DNA of 23,752 bases. Source: Promethearchaeota archaeon. GTDB lineage: Archaea; Asgardarchaeota; Lokiarchaeia; Sigyniarchaeales; SOKP01. Location: contig JAFGOA010000087.1 of the NCBI GenBank assembly GCA_016926735.1, forward strand, positions 1 through 23,752. Reading direction: 5' to 3'. The notes under the pieces are model-generated. The model worked only from the letters and a program-made list of their open reading frames with translations. It did not search any database and was not told where the DNA came from. Position 1 is the first letter of the stretch, and each line of letters opens with the position of its first letter. Shown piece after piece: positions 1 through 10,125 of this stretch. The position numbers and the translations under genes are program-made.

Positions 1-73
1 AATATTAACTAAGAAAAATTAATCATACCCAAAATTACTGGATTTTTATAAATAATTTAAAGGTTATTAGTGA

Positions 74-454
74 TCATATCTTCCCATTTAAGTTTCCAGT
101 ATTTTTTATAAGAAATTCTAAAACTTGTTGAGTGTCTGCTTGAGGCATAGCGAATGAAACAAGCATCCCTCCATCAAAGTTAGCAATTATTATATGTCCC
201 ATACCTTTGTTATTAGTACTAATGACTCCTTTAGAATCTGTTTTAACAACTAAAAACTCTAAATTATTAAAAATAAATTTATCAGTACCTTTTAAAACAT
301 CTAAAAGAATATTAGTATATGATGAAAGTTCCCAATTATCTGTTTGATATATAATCTCTCCCAAATTGGATATTACAGCTAAGCTAGCGATCTTAATACT
401 CGATTCAAATGCTAAAATTCCTATATCATCAATAATTTTTTTTATTTCATTCAT
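74..454 (-). CDS. Asgard profilin-like protein
   Basis: 126 aa. The pattern IIDD..AVIS..GEIIYQTDNW...FLVV.T....ISTN.KG.GHIII...GGMLVSF..P.A closely follows Lokiarchaeal profilins as I recall them (GQIITQTENW / TN..GKGH). Confidence 0.75.
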   Translation of the reverse strand: MNEIKKIIDDIGILAFESSIKIASLAVISNLGEIIYQTDNWELSSYTNILLDVLKGTDKFIFNNLEFLVVKTDSKGVISTNNKGMGHIIIANFDGGMLVSFAMPQADTQQVLEFLIKNTGNLNGKI

Positions 455-564
455 AATACTCTCTTTTTAAGAACATGAACATTCCTTTATTGTATTTGTA
501 TATAATATAAGATTTTCTATTTATATATTATATATAATTTTCATAAGGTTTTTGCTATTAACTC

Positions 565-834
565 TTATTCATTCATAGTATCGTATTTTTGCCAATAAAT
601 TTTTAGTAAAGACAAATATGAGGAAATATATATATTTTGGGGACTCTTCTTGTTTCTTTTCCATCCTTTTTGAACAAAACTTTTTGGAATAAGACAAGAT
701 TTTTCAAAATTATTATTTTTAAAGATTATATCTTTCTCTGTTTCATTTTCATAATATACATTTCTAATATAAGTCCCTTTTGCCAAGTTGTATGATATTC
801 GAACGATTTCATTTTTATTATCTCTCTTATCCAT
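565..834 (-). CDS. small hypothetical protein (ETEK-x-I...IPKS motif)
   Basis: 89 aa ORF filling an otherwise empty region, same strand as its neighbours. Function not recognised. Confidence 0.55.
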   Translation of the reverse strand: MDKRDNKNEIVRISYNLAKGTYIRNVYYENETEKDIIFKNNNFEKSCLIPKSFVQKGWKRNKKSPQNIYISSYLSLLKIYWQKYDTMNE

Positions 835-1101
835 TTTAAATAGCCTTTAGTGATTTGTATGTGAATGCTTAATACTTTATTCTATTTTGATATTATAATT
901 AAAAGATTTTACTTCTGTCTTATTTGGTTAGGTTTAATATTTAAAACTATACAGTCTATAATATAATAACTAAAACTTATATATCTTTTTTTTAAATTAT
1001 ATAAATAATTATTTCAAATTGAGATTAATTAGATCTTAATATATGAAATATGATTATAAGAACATAATTATAGTTAATTGATGGAATCAAGATTGAGTTT
1101 A

Positions 1102-1977
1102 TTAAATATTCCTTCCCCATAATTCTGATAATTTATCTCCAAGAATATCTTTAGCAAAAATCAATCTAACTTTAAAATACTTTTCAATAATATTGATAAG
1201 AAAATTAAAGAAATGTTTTGAAATCCTGATAAATTGAGTATTTTCAATATAATTAATTATAACACTCCCTCTTATTCCTTCTCCTTCTTGTTGATATATT
1301 TTAAGAATTTTATGACATAATATATTTACTTCTCTTATTCTATTTCTTAGATTTGTAATGCTTTTTTTATCATCTAATTCACTATAGAATTCTTTTATAA
1401 ATGATTCTTCGAATGATAAATCTCTTGATGGTATTTTATAATTCTTGACTTTTTTCCCTTCTAATATGAGAAAATCCTTATAAATATCCCGATTATTCTT
1501 AAAATCACTTTTTAATTCTACATTTATGTTGGTTTCAAATAGATTATCAAAAATATAGCCCAAAAATGAATTTAAATCTTGTTTTTTATGATATAATTTA
1601 TCATCGATAATTATTAAAATAGGAAATCGATGAAATACTCCAGATAAAAGATTTACAAATAACAGATAATCAATATTTATTTTGAGAGTGAATAAATTGA
1701 TATTCTCTATATTTATTTTTGATTCAAGCGTAATATCAGAATTAATAACATAATCTACTTTCTGATAACCCCTAACATTAAAATTCTTATCGATAAATGG
1801 AATTATAATATGATCACATACTCGATATTTTGGAATTTGAATTGTAGTTAAATGATTACTTTCATTTATAATCATTTCTGGAATTTGGATTGTATCTATT
1901 TTTTTACAAATCGGGCAAACAATTTTAACATCCTTATATCCAATGAATTCAGATTTTAAATTAGATTTAATACTCAT
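1102..1977 (-). CDS. hypothetical protein with N-terminal Zn-binding ribbon (CxxC...CxH), Lokiarchaeal-type family
   Basis: 291 aa with CPICKK and VCDH followed by FIDKNFNVRGYQKVD. The C-terminus is helical, possibly winged-helix. Confidence 0.65.
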   Translation of the reverse strand: MSIKSNLKSEFIGYKDVKIVCPICKKIDTIQIPEMIINESNHLTTIQIPKYRVCDHIIIPFIDKNFNVRGYQKVDYVINSDITLESKINIENINLFTLKINIDYLLFVNLLSGVFHRFPILIIIDDKLYHKKQDLNSFLGYIFDNLFETNINVELKSDFKNNRDIYKDFLILEGKKVKNYKIPSRDLSFEESFIKEFYSELDDKKSITNLRNRIREVNILCHKILKIYQQEGEGIRGSVIINYIENTQFIRISKHFFNFLINIIEKYFKVRLIFAKDILGDKLSELWGRNI

Positions 1978-2203
1978 TTGATTTAAATTAATACCTTTTG
2001 TTATTGCTATCTCTAGATTAAAATTAATAAAATCATTGAAAATCTTACTTTTTTATTATCTATTGGTTTTTATTTTATTTTAATCCTAATTATTCAATAA
2101 TAGAGAAAGACCACATGAAATATTTTTAAATATTATGAAAAAATAAATTAAAAATATCAATTCTTACATTTAATTATTATATAAATTATTGAGTTTTATT
2201 TCT

Positions 2204-3127
2204 ATGATTCGGTTAATCCTTATTTTTCAACAACAATCAGGCGAACTTTTATATAGTTATTCTCTTCAAGAAGAAATAAAGATTGATCTTTTTAGTACCA
2301 TTATTTCAGCAATAACAAAATTTACAAATGAGTCTTTTAATGGAGAAAATTCCTCTTTAAAAAATATACAAATTGGTGAATATCTTATATATGTTTATCA
2401 GATTTATGAAAATTCTTTGAATGTAGTGTTTATTTGTGATCATAATGATGAGAAAATAATAAATAAGATAATACCAGATATTTCTCAAATTTTTTTAGAT
2501 TTTAAAGAATTATTTTCATCTGATATAGGTGATTTAGAGCAATTACAACATTTTACATTTAAATTATCAGCAATAATCGCTTCGGTTAGTAAAACTATCT
2601 TAAATGAAGAGATCCCACTAACTCAAGAAGCAATAAATAAGACATTATTGAATTATAAAGGAACAATTATAACAAATCTAAAACAAAAATTTGAAAAAAT
2701 AGAAAATAAACTAATACTTCTTTATGAAAATGAAGATAATGTAATTAAGAAAAAACAAATCTTAAATAAAATTTGTAATATAAAAAAAAAATTAGCAGAT
2801 GAAGAATCTTATAAAGAATGGAATGAAGAATTGAATAAAATTTTAAATATAATTAAAGATCAAGAAGTTAGACTTAATTATTATCTAAAGAAAATAGAGG
2901 AAGCTTTAAAAAGTGAAGATTTTAAATCTATATATCCTTTTCTTTATTCTTTTTGTGAAAAACTACAACATTTTGGAAAAAAAAGTCTTATTAAAAAATA
3001 TAGACAAATTGCGGAGATTCTTATTGATGAAAGAAAGGTTTCTGAAGATGAAATCCTGTATGCGAGAAAAGAAATCGCAAAAATAAGCTTTAATCTTCAA
3101 GATTTTTATCCAGATGAAAAATTATAA
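2204..3127 (+). CDS. N-terminal longin/roadblock-like domain protein with helical C-terminus
   Basis: ILIFQQQSGELLYS...DLFSTIISAITKFTNE...LKNIQIGEY..YVY...VVFICD is a longin-type beta-beta-alpha-beta-beta-beta pattern. ATG at 2204 preferred over TTG at 2189. Confidence 0.65.
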   Translation: MIRLILIFQQQSGELLYSYSLQEEIKIDLFSTIISAITKFTNESFNGENSSLKNIQIGEYLIYVYQIYENSLNVVFICDHNDEKIINKIIPDISQIFLDFKELFSSDIGDLEQLQHFTFKLSAIIASVSKTILNEEIPLTQEAINKTLLNYKGTIITNLKQKFEKIENKLILLYENEDNVIKKKQILNKICNIKKKLADEESYKEWNEELNKILNIIKDQEVRLNYYLKKIEEALKSEDFKSIYPFLYSFCEKLQHFGKKSLIKKYRQIAEILIDERKVSEDEILYARKEIAKISFNLQDFYPDEKL

Positions 3128-3310
3128 GCCTTTTTCCAGGCAAATATCCTTATAGACTATGTATAGACTTATTTTTTATAAATAATTTCCTTTTATTTTA
3201 AGCTATTGTTAGGATTTGTATTTCTTATTATTTAAATAATTCAATTTTTATCTGTTTATTAAATATTTTTACCTTTATTAAAAAAAATATAAAAAATACA
3301 TTGAGAAAGT

Positions 3311-6300
3311 ATGAAATCAATAAAAAGATCAAAAAGAATAACGCAAATATATATAATCTTATCTATTATCATAATATCAAATATATTCTTTATTTTATCC
3401 GATGGAATTCTCAATAATTCTCAGACTGATCTCAACAATAATGAACGTGAAGAGGATCCAAACCCATTATCAATATTAAAAACAAATGCTTTTGGTGAAG
3501 CTGATTGGTGGGATCATTCATATGAATATCGAATGTTGATCAATATAACAAACCCATATCCTTATGATATTGAAAATTATGGAGTTAATATTTCTTTTAC
3601 TTACAGTAATTTACTATCAGAAAATAAGATACAATCAGATTTAGATGATATTAGAATAATAGAAAATGATATTTTGAAAAATTATTATGTTAAAAAAGAT
3701 TATCCTAGTGTTGGAATTGCAACTGTTTGGTTTGATACAAATATTTTAGCAAATTCAATTGAGACAGATACATATCTCTATTTTGGTAATCCCTCTGCTG
3801 TTAACAATGCTTCTTCAGATAGTTCAGAAAGTTTTGGATGGATTAAAAATGGAGATTTTGAAATTGATATAAGTAGTGCTACAAATTTTGATCCTTTTGG
3901 TTGGTCCTTTAGTAATAACCCCGTTGATACTATCGTAGGACTCTCACAAGATTATCCTGATGAAAATACACCAATAGGAGACTTTGTAAATTGTTTAATC
4001 GATGATACAACTGGTGATCATAGAATTGGTAGCGGTGTTTATGCGTATAAATGGGGTGTTAATACAAATACACCAGCAGGTAGCTCTGTAAATGATTATG
4101 CTGGAACATTATTTTCATATCCTTTTAAAGTTCCTACAATAAATGGAGGAGATATATATTTAAAGCTTTTTAGGAATATAAGAACCTATCATTTTGAAAG
4201 AAAAACACTTAATCCTAAAAACGATGAAATTCAGAAAGATGGTTATTTTATTAGAGTCCTAAATGCATCAGATTATAATTCTGATCCAGATACTCATAGT
4301 GATGTAGATATTCAACAATCTAGTTATGAAAATTATCTTGAAGCGTATGATGGATTTGCAAGAAAAACAGCATTTTGGAGTAATGAAAAAGATCTAATAC
4401 AACTTCATGATGGAAGTAATTTTGTTCATGACGACGATATTATCAAAAATACAGGCAGTTCTCAAGAATTAACTGGATATATGAATCTTGATTTAACACA
4501 ATATATGGGTGAAACATTATTTTTCGAAATAGGAGCTTGGGGTGAAGAAACTACTGAAAAAAATGCTTTTTTCCAAGTAGATAGTTTAGAATTTAATTAT
4601 TTTATAAGTACTTCTCTAAATGAAATACAAGCACGTAGATCAGATATTACTGTTGTAGTGCGAGATATCGATGGTCAATTTGTTCCCAATGCAGAAGTTT
4701 ACCTAATAAATAATTCTGCTACAATTCCAATAGTAGATTCAAAAATATCTTCGACTGTGGATGGTTCTGCTGAATTTATAGGGATTTTAAATGGTATCTA
4801 TAATTTCACGGTGAATTATACAATGGGTTCTTATGAAGCAGAAGTATATAATAGTACAAAATTAAATAAAATTCTCTATGAATTTGATGGAAAAGAATTT
4901 ACAGTAGAAATCTATGTTAATTTATGGACAATTAATTTTGAATTTACTGATTCAGATGGAATCCCCTTTAACTATGGGTATTTAAAAATTAAAGATGATA
5001 AAGCAGGTACAACATTAAGAACAATTAATCTCGATTCAGAAGGTAAAGCTACTTTTAGATGGCTAAATACAGCATATTATTATTATGAACTCTATTACAA
5101 CAATGAAGATTATGCAGATAGTCCATTTTTACTGAATCAAAGTAATTATATTTATCGTTCGGATTATGAGAGTGTAAAAGAGCAACAAAAAGTTATTTCT
5201 GTTGTAAATAATAATCAAGCTCCTTCGGGTGAATCTTGGTATTTAATAAATCAATATGTCTATTCTAATGGATCTTCATCTTTTAATAATAGAAATATTA
5301 TTCAAGCAAATATTACTCTAACCGATATGACAGATCAGTTGGTTAATGTATCAATCTATTATATAGATGAGGACAATTCAACAGGAATAGGAGATGAAAA
5401 TCTGATATATTTTGAGGAAGATTATGGTTATGGTGTATATAACGATTTTATTTCTCTTGATTTTCTCTCAATTGAAAATACTAAATTAGAAAGTGAGAAT
5501 TTTAACGTTTATGGATTAAAGATTGTAATTTATGGCTTAAATAGCTCAACTTGTAATGGATTAGTTATGGTTGATTCAATTGAGACCTGTCATATTTTTA
5601 ATAAAACAGAATTATCAAGATTGAATATAAGAGTTATTAATATGAATGATTTATTCCCAGAGGGTCAACCATTAAATGCTCTCATTAGAGTTGAGGATGA
5701 TTCAGGAACACCTTTAATTAATTTAACATCAATTGCTGTGAGAGATGGTTATGCTTATGGAGAAAAAAATGCATATGATATCCCTTTTTGGTTCTTTAAA
5801 GATTATAATTACACTTTCAGAATAGATGTTCTTAATTATACAGATGTTGAATTCAACATCACATCTATAGGCGATTCTCGATGGATACCTACAGGAGCAA
5901 TACAGTCATATGAACACTATTTCAATTCGACTATGATGATAGAATTTAATGTTATTTTTGAAACAGAATTCAATATATCATCATATAATACAGCAATTTT
6001 CAATGTTACCCATACAAATCAAGTTCAATGGGGAGAGAATCTTTATTATAAATTGGATTTTATGTATACTGAAGATGATGGAGAAACATGGGAGTATGTG
6101 ACAAATCCTGGAGCAACATGCAGATTATATGTATATTTACAAGGAGAGTCAGAAATATTATTACAAAGGTCTTTTCAAAATAATGGAAATGGAACTTTTA
6201 CTTTAATATTAAACTCAAGTGTTTTATCGGCAGGATATGATTCTAAAACGTATACAATGATGATTACAGGGAATAAACCAGGATATCCTTTACCGAATGA

Positions 6301-7663
6301 AGTATTTAAAGTCTCTACAATAAATGCTGTACCAGCAGAGATGAGCGCCTACGATCATGATACCCTTATAGAACTTCCTTTTGGGGAATATGAAGCCTCT
6401 TTTAATGAACTAATACAGATGACAGTACAATATTATGATAGTTTAACACATTTCGTATATGAAGATGTTTTATTAACTTATGAATGGATTAATCTGGATC
6501 CTGTAATAATACAACCAGATCCAATAAACATTGGATATTACACATTTACGCTAAACACTTCAGATGCTTTAAGTACAGGACTAGAAAGTATAAAGATTAA
6601 AGCATATCTTGAAAACCACTCATTAATTGGAGGATATTTTGAAATTGAACTAACAATAATGGAGAGAAATACAAAATTAAATGGAGAAATTAATCCGCAA
6701 CCAATTAGTATGGAGATTTGGGTAGAAGATTTCCAATATTTTGTATATGAATATACTGATGCTGAAACAAGTCAATTACTTAGTGGGCTTAGTATAGCAA
6801 CGTTTAATTGGTATGAAATGGATAACTCAGGTTCTTTCCTAAACTCTAGTGGAGGAGGATCATTAATTTCAAATATTAATAAAACATATACATTAGATTT
6901 TAACACAGGATACCGAAATCCAGGATTTTATTTAATAACAGTATCATTGAAAAAGGATAACTATGAAAGAAAACAAATGACGCTCATAATTAATATAAAA
7001 TTAAGAGAAATGGAATATGATCTTACTGCTACAAATCTCAAAGGCAACCGAATAAATATTGCTCATGGAACTCAAATTGAATTTCAATTACAGATAAATG
7101 ATCTATCAAGAGGAGGTATATTACTTCAAAATGCTGATGTTTCTATAATTTTAAATCAAGTTAAATATAACTTTACTGAAACATCACCTGGAATTTATAT
7201 ATATAGTTTAAGTACAACTCAATTTGATGCTTTCTTTACATCTTATATTTTATCTGGTACATTAGAGATACAAGTTGCTAATTTTACATCAATAGAAATC
7301 GGTTTAACTGTTGTTATAAAGATGGAAGAAATTTTTCCAGGAATACCAACATTCTATTTTCTGTTGCTTATTTCTGCCATCATCGCAGTAACTGGAAGTT
7401 TAGTGGCATATAGAGTAATTCATTACGCTAGAATCCCAAATTATGTCAAAAAAATAATGAAAGTCCGAAAAGTAATAAAATCGAAGAAGAAATTTATAGA
7501 ACCTATAAAAGCACCTAGTAAGGAAGCAATGATTGTTTCTATGTTAGGAGATGAATGGAAACAGATTGGAATATCATTGAATAAGAAATTAGATGTTAAA
7601 GGGAAAGCAAAGCTAATAAAGAAAGAGAAAATAACAAAACAAGGAGAAGATGTGATGAAATAA
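3311..7663 (+). CDS. large membrane-anchored cell-surface glycoprotein (DUF2341-like N-terminal domain, Ig-like beta-rich repeats, C-terminal TM and basic cytoplasmic tail)
   Basis: 1450 aa. Basic N-terminus plus hydrophobic signal/TM. WWDHSYEYRMLINITN...DLDDIRI...TVWF...YLYFGNP resembles DUF2341. About 30 N-x-S/T sequons. C-terminal TM (FYFLLLISAIIAVTGSLVAY) followed by a Lys-rich tail. Confidence 0.8.
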   Translation: MKSIKRSKRITQIYIILSIIIISNIFFILSDGILNNSQTDLNNNEREEDPNPLSILKTNAFGEADWWDHSYEYRMLINITNPYPYDIENYGVNISFTYSNLLSENKIQSDLDDIRIIENDILKNYYVKKDYPSVGIATVWFDTNILANSIETDTYLYFGNPSAVNNASSDSSESFGWIKNGDFEIDISSATNFDPFGWSFSNNPVDTIVGLSQDYPDENTPIGDFVNCLIDDTTGDHRIGSGVYAYKWGVNTNTPAGSSVNDYAGTLFSYPFKVPTINGGDIYLKLFRNIRTYHFERKTLNPKNDEIQKDGYFIRVLNASDYNSDPDTHSDVDIQQSSYENYLEAYDGFARKTAFWSNEKDLIQLHDGSNFVHDDDIIKNTGSSQELTGYMNLDLTQYMGETLFFEIGAWGEETTEKNAFFQVDSLEFNYFISTSLNEIQARRSDITVVVRDIDGQFVPNAEVYLINNSATIPIVDSKISSTVDGSAEFIGILNGIYNFTVNYTMGSYEAEVYNSTKLNKILYEFDGKEFTVEIYVNLWTINFEFTDSDGIPFNYGYLKIKDDKAGTTLRTINLDSEGKATFRWLNTAYYYYELYYNNEDYADSPFLLNQSNYIYRSDYESVKEQQKVISVVNNNQAPSGESWYLINQYVYSNGSSSFNNRNIIQANITLTDMTDQLVNVSIYYIDEDNSTGIGDENLIYFEEDYGYGVYNDFISLDFLSIENTKLESENFNVYGLKIVIYGLNSSTCNGLVMVDSIETCHIFNKTELSRLNIRVINMNDLFPEGQPLNALIRVEDDSGTPLINLTSIAVRDGYAYGEKNAYDIPFWFFKDYNYTFRIDVLNYTDVEFNITSIGDSRWIPTGAIQSYEHYFNSTMMIEFNVIFETEFNISSYNTAIFNVTHTNQVQWGENLYYKLDFMYTEDDGETWEYVTNPGATCRLYVYLQGESEILLQRSFQNNGNGTFTLILNSSVLSAGYDSKTYTMMITGNKPGYPLPNEVFKVSTINAVPAEMSAYDHDTLIELPFGEYEASFNELIQMTVQYYDSLTHFVYEDVLLTYEWINLDPVIIQPDPINIGYYTFTLNTSDALSTGLESIKIKAYLENHSLIGGYFEIELTIMERNTKLNGEINPQPISMEIWVEDFQYFVYEYTDAETSQLLSGLSIATFNWYEMDNSGSFLNSSGGGSLISNINKTYTLDFNTGYRNPGFYLITVSLKKDNYERKQMTLIINIKLREMEYDLTATNLKGNRINIAHGTQIEFQLQINDLSRGGILLQNADVSIILNQVKYNFTETSPGIYIYSLSTTQFDAFFTSYILSGTLEIQVANFTSIEIGLTVVIKMEEIFPGIPTFYFLLLISAIIAVTGSLVAYRVIHYARIPNYVKKIMKVRKVIKSKKKFIEPIKAPSKEAMIVSMLGDEWKQIGISLNKKLDVKGKAKLIKKEKITKQGEDVMK

Positions 7664-8742
7664 TGCCAATTGGTTTAATAGTAATGAAATGGAGTAGTAG
7701 GTTAGGAGCCCAGATTTTAGAAAAATATCCAAAAGAAGTAGAAGTAACAGATGAGACATTAATGCAAATTTATGCGTCACATGAATATGGAGGAGAGGGA
7801 GGTATTGTAAGCTTTTTTGTGAGGTCATTAAACATTACATCTTTTTATGCAGGCCCAGAAAAATCTATCTATGTTATATTATTTTTAAATTTAGAAGAGG
7901 ATCCTGATGAATATGAAGATGCATTGATCAATGGATCAAGATTAATTCTTAAAAATTTAGAAAATGATGCTTATAAAGCTTTGATCCCATCTATATTTCA
8001 ACGAATATCTGCTTATCCAAAATACAATGATGAGCAAAAGTTAGCAATAATCTACAATGATGAAGTAAACAGATTAATTATTAATAGATTAAGAGAGGAA
8101 GGTGTATTTAGTAAATCTGAGCTCAAAATATGGTTAAAAGATGTATATAGAGGTCTTTTAACAGATATTGATAGTGTTTTAACTGAACTTATTAAAAAAG
8201 AAGTTATAAAAGAAAGTTCAGTAAAAGGTACACTATCTGAGATGATTTTTCTTTTAAATGATTTAATAATGATAAGGAGACCTCCCATTGATCTATATAA
8301 TAATCCCGTTGAAAATGGACTTCCAGAACAATTTATTGACGATTATAAAAGACAAATAACAACCTTCTTTGAATCATATCTCCCGAATGAAGACGATAAT
8401 CTGAAAGTATTAGAGATGATTCTTGATCCTGAAATATATCTTGTTTTAAGACTTCTCAGAAAAAACATGGCTTCAAGAAGTATGCTTGAGAAATTAAAAG
8501 CTCGTGGACTTGATGATATTGATGAGACTTTAAAAAAATTGTGGGATGCTAAAATGATTAGTGTTTTTCAAGATAAAAATCAAACAGAATACTATGCTTT
8601 AATAACAGATTTTTACATTAGGAAACTATACCCGAAATATATTCTGAATAGGATTATCCAACAATATGAGGTTAAATCCAAATCTAACGAGGTTCTTTTA
8701 GAATATTTAAATGTTCTTGAAAATAATTTTTCAAAAAATTAA
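7663..8742 (+). CDS. longin/uDENN-like N-terminal domain plus two probable winged-helix repeats
   Basis: 359 aa, start overlaps the upstream stop (TAATG). N-terminal W..RLGAQILEKYP resembles a uDENN/longin start. Two internal repeats: LIINRLREE...DIDSVLTELIKKEVIK and LVLRLLRKN...DIDETLKKLWDAKMIS. Confidence 0.6.
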   Translation: MPIGLIVMKWSSRLGAQILEKYPKEVEVTDETLMQIYASHEYGGEGGIVSFFVRSLNITSFYAGPEKSIYVILFLNLEEDPDEYEDALINGSRLILKNLENDAYKALIPSIFQRISAYPKYNDEQKLAIIYNDEVNRLIINRLREEGVFSKSELKIWLKDVYRGLLTDIDSVLTELIKKEVIKESSVKGTLSEMIFLLNDLIMIRRPPIDLYNNPVENGLPEQFIDDYKRQITTFFESYLPNEDDNLKVLEMILDPEIYLVLRLLRKNMASRSMLEKLKARGLDDIDETLKKLWDAKMISVFQDKNQTEYYALITDFYIRKLYPKYILNRIIQQYEVKSKSNEVLLEYLNVLENNFSKN

Positions 8743-8749
8743 TTTTTTA

Positions 8750-9805
8750 TTATTTTTTTTCTATTTTATTTTTATTCATCAATTCTTTCATTTCTAAAGA
8801 TTTTTCATAAAATTGTTTGCTTAAATTATCATCTCCTAATTCTAAACATAAATCAGAAATTTGTTCATATAAATGTAAGGCTTCAGGTAAAGCTCCTCTT
8901 TCTATTGCTAGTTGTGCTTCACCAATTAAAATATCTCTTTCAAAAAGAGGTTTTAATAGAGATATATTTGTATTGATCTCTAAAATATCGGAAATTATAA
9001 GAATCATTTTTTCTCTGTTATTTGGATCAATAGCAACCATAGAATACGTTTTTAACCCTATTATTTCTTCAATCTTTTGAATACTTAATGCACCATCTAA
9101 ATCTTGTTTATTTCCAATTACGGCACTATTTGCATAAGGTGCTTCAGATTTTATAATTTCCAAGAAATATCGACTTTTTTCTACATTCTCTAGAGTTGAA
9201 TCCGTAATAATTAATACAGCATCGCTTCCTTCTATAAAATTATTCCATAAATAACTAAATTGTTCTTGACCAGCGAAATCCCATAATTTAAAAATAAGTT
9301 TACCTATCTTAATTGTTGCAATCTTTCCTGTGATGGTTGGAATATGTTGCATGGGAATTTCTTGATCTTTAATTAATTGTGTTGTAGTCGTTTTTCCAAC
9401 CCCAGAAAATCCAACTAATGATATTTTAGCACCTAAACTTTTATGAAGTCCATCGATTCTTGAATCAATGATTTCTTTAAATCCCTCTTTATCACCACTC
9501 TCAATAAGGTCAAAGTAGAAGTCTGAGAAATCTTTTTTTAATTTTTTCAATTCATTAAAAACCAAGTCTACTTCATCTGCTATTCCAGTGACTAAAATAA
9601 TTATCAGATCTTTTTCTTTATCTAATATGTAAAATATTTTTTGTTTAAAGATTATATTATCTCCTAAATCATCTGTAGCTCCAAATTCAAGATCTCTCTT
9701 AAGATTTTTCAAAAATTCATTGAGTATTTCTTTTGATATTGCTTTAGCAAAGATTTGTTCGTATATTATTTCATTATTCTTTAAAATATATATTTGTCTT
9801 AGCAT
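8750..9805 (-). CDS. longin/roadblock-fused Arf/Rab-like small GTPase with C-terminal helical hairpin
   Basis: G1 GFSGVGKT, G2 PTIT, G3 WDFAGQ and G4 NKQD. About 120-aa N-terminal longin-like domain and a TPR/MIT-like C-terminus. Confidence 0.88.
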   Translation of the reverse strand: MLRQIYILKNNEIIYEQIFAKAISKEILNEFLKNLKRDLEFGATDDLGDNIIFKQKIFYILDKEKDLIIILVTGIADEVDLVFNELKKLKKDFSDFYFDLIESGDKEGFKEIIDSRIDGLHKSLGAKISLVGFSGVGKTTTTQLIKDQEIPMQHIPTITGKIATIKIGKLIFKLWDFAGQEQFSYLWNNFIEGSDAVLIITDSTLENVEKSRYFLEIIKSEAPYANSAVIGNKQDLDGALSIQKIEEIIGLKTYSMVAIDPNNREKMILIISDILEINTNISLLKPLFERDILIGEAQLAIERGALPEALHLYEQISDLCLELGDDNLSKQFYEKSLEMKELMNKNKIEKK

Positions 9806-10074
9806 AAATCTTCAATTTTTATATTATGAGAAAAATCAGTCGTTCTTATATCATAGAATAGTAAAATTTCAATAAATAATTAACTTATATTTAATCTTAG
9901 AAACTGATCTATATGAAGATAAAATCAAACTTTAGATATTTAAATTTTTATAGTTAATTTAACTGCAAGTTCCTTTAAATTTAATTATCTTTTTGGTTAA
10001 TTATAATAAAAAACCTCAAATAGAGTAATTTGAAAACAATAAGTTTTTATATTAGAAGTTCTAAAAATAAAATT

Positions 10075-10101
10075 ATGTACTCAATTTAGTACATTATATA
10101 A
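10075..10101 (+). promoter_or_regulatory. 20-bp palindromic operator candidate abutting a TATA box
   Basis: ATGTACTCAATTTAGTACAT (10075-10094) is a palindrome with one mismatched pair. TTATATAA at 10094-10101 lies about 25-32 nt before ATG 10126. Confidence 0.5.
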
Positions 10102-10125
10102 AAAATATTACTCAGTGAAAGAAAT

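Noticed and set aside
7613-9080. Antisense ORFs 7613-7828, 8052-8288 and 8817-9080
   Set aside because: Shadow frames opposite well-supported genes, with no motifs.
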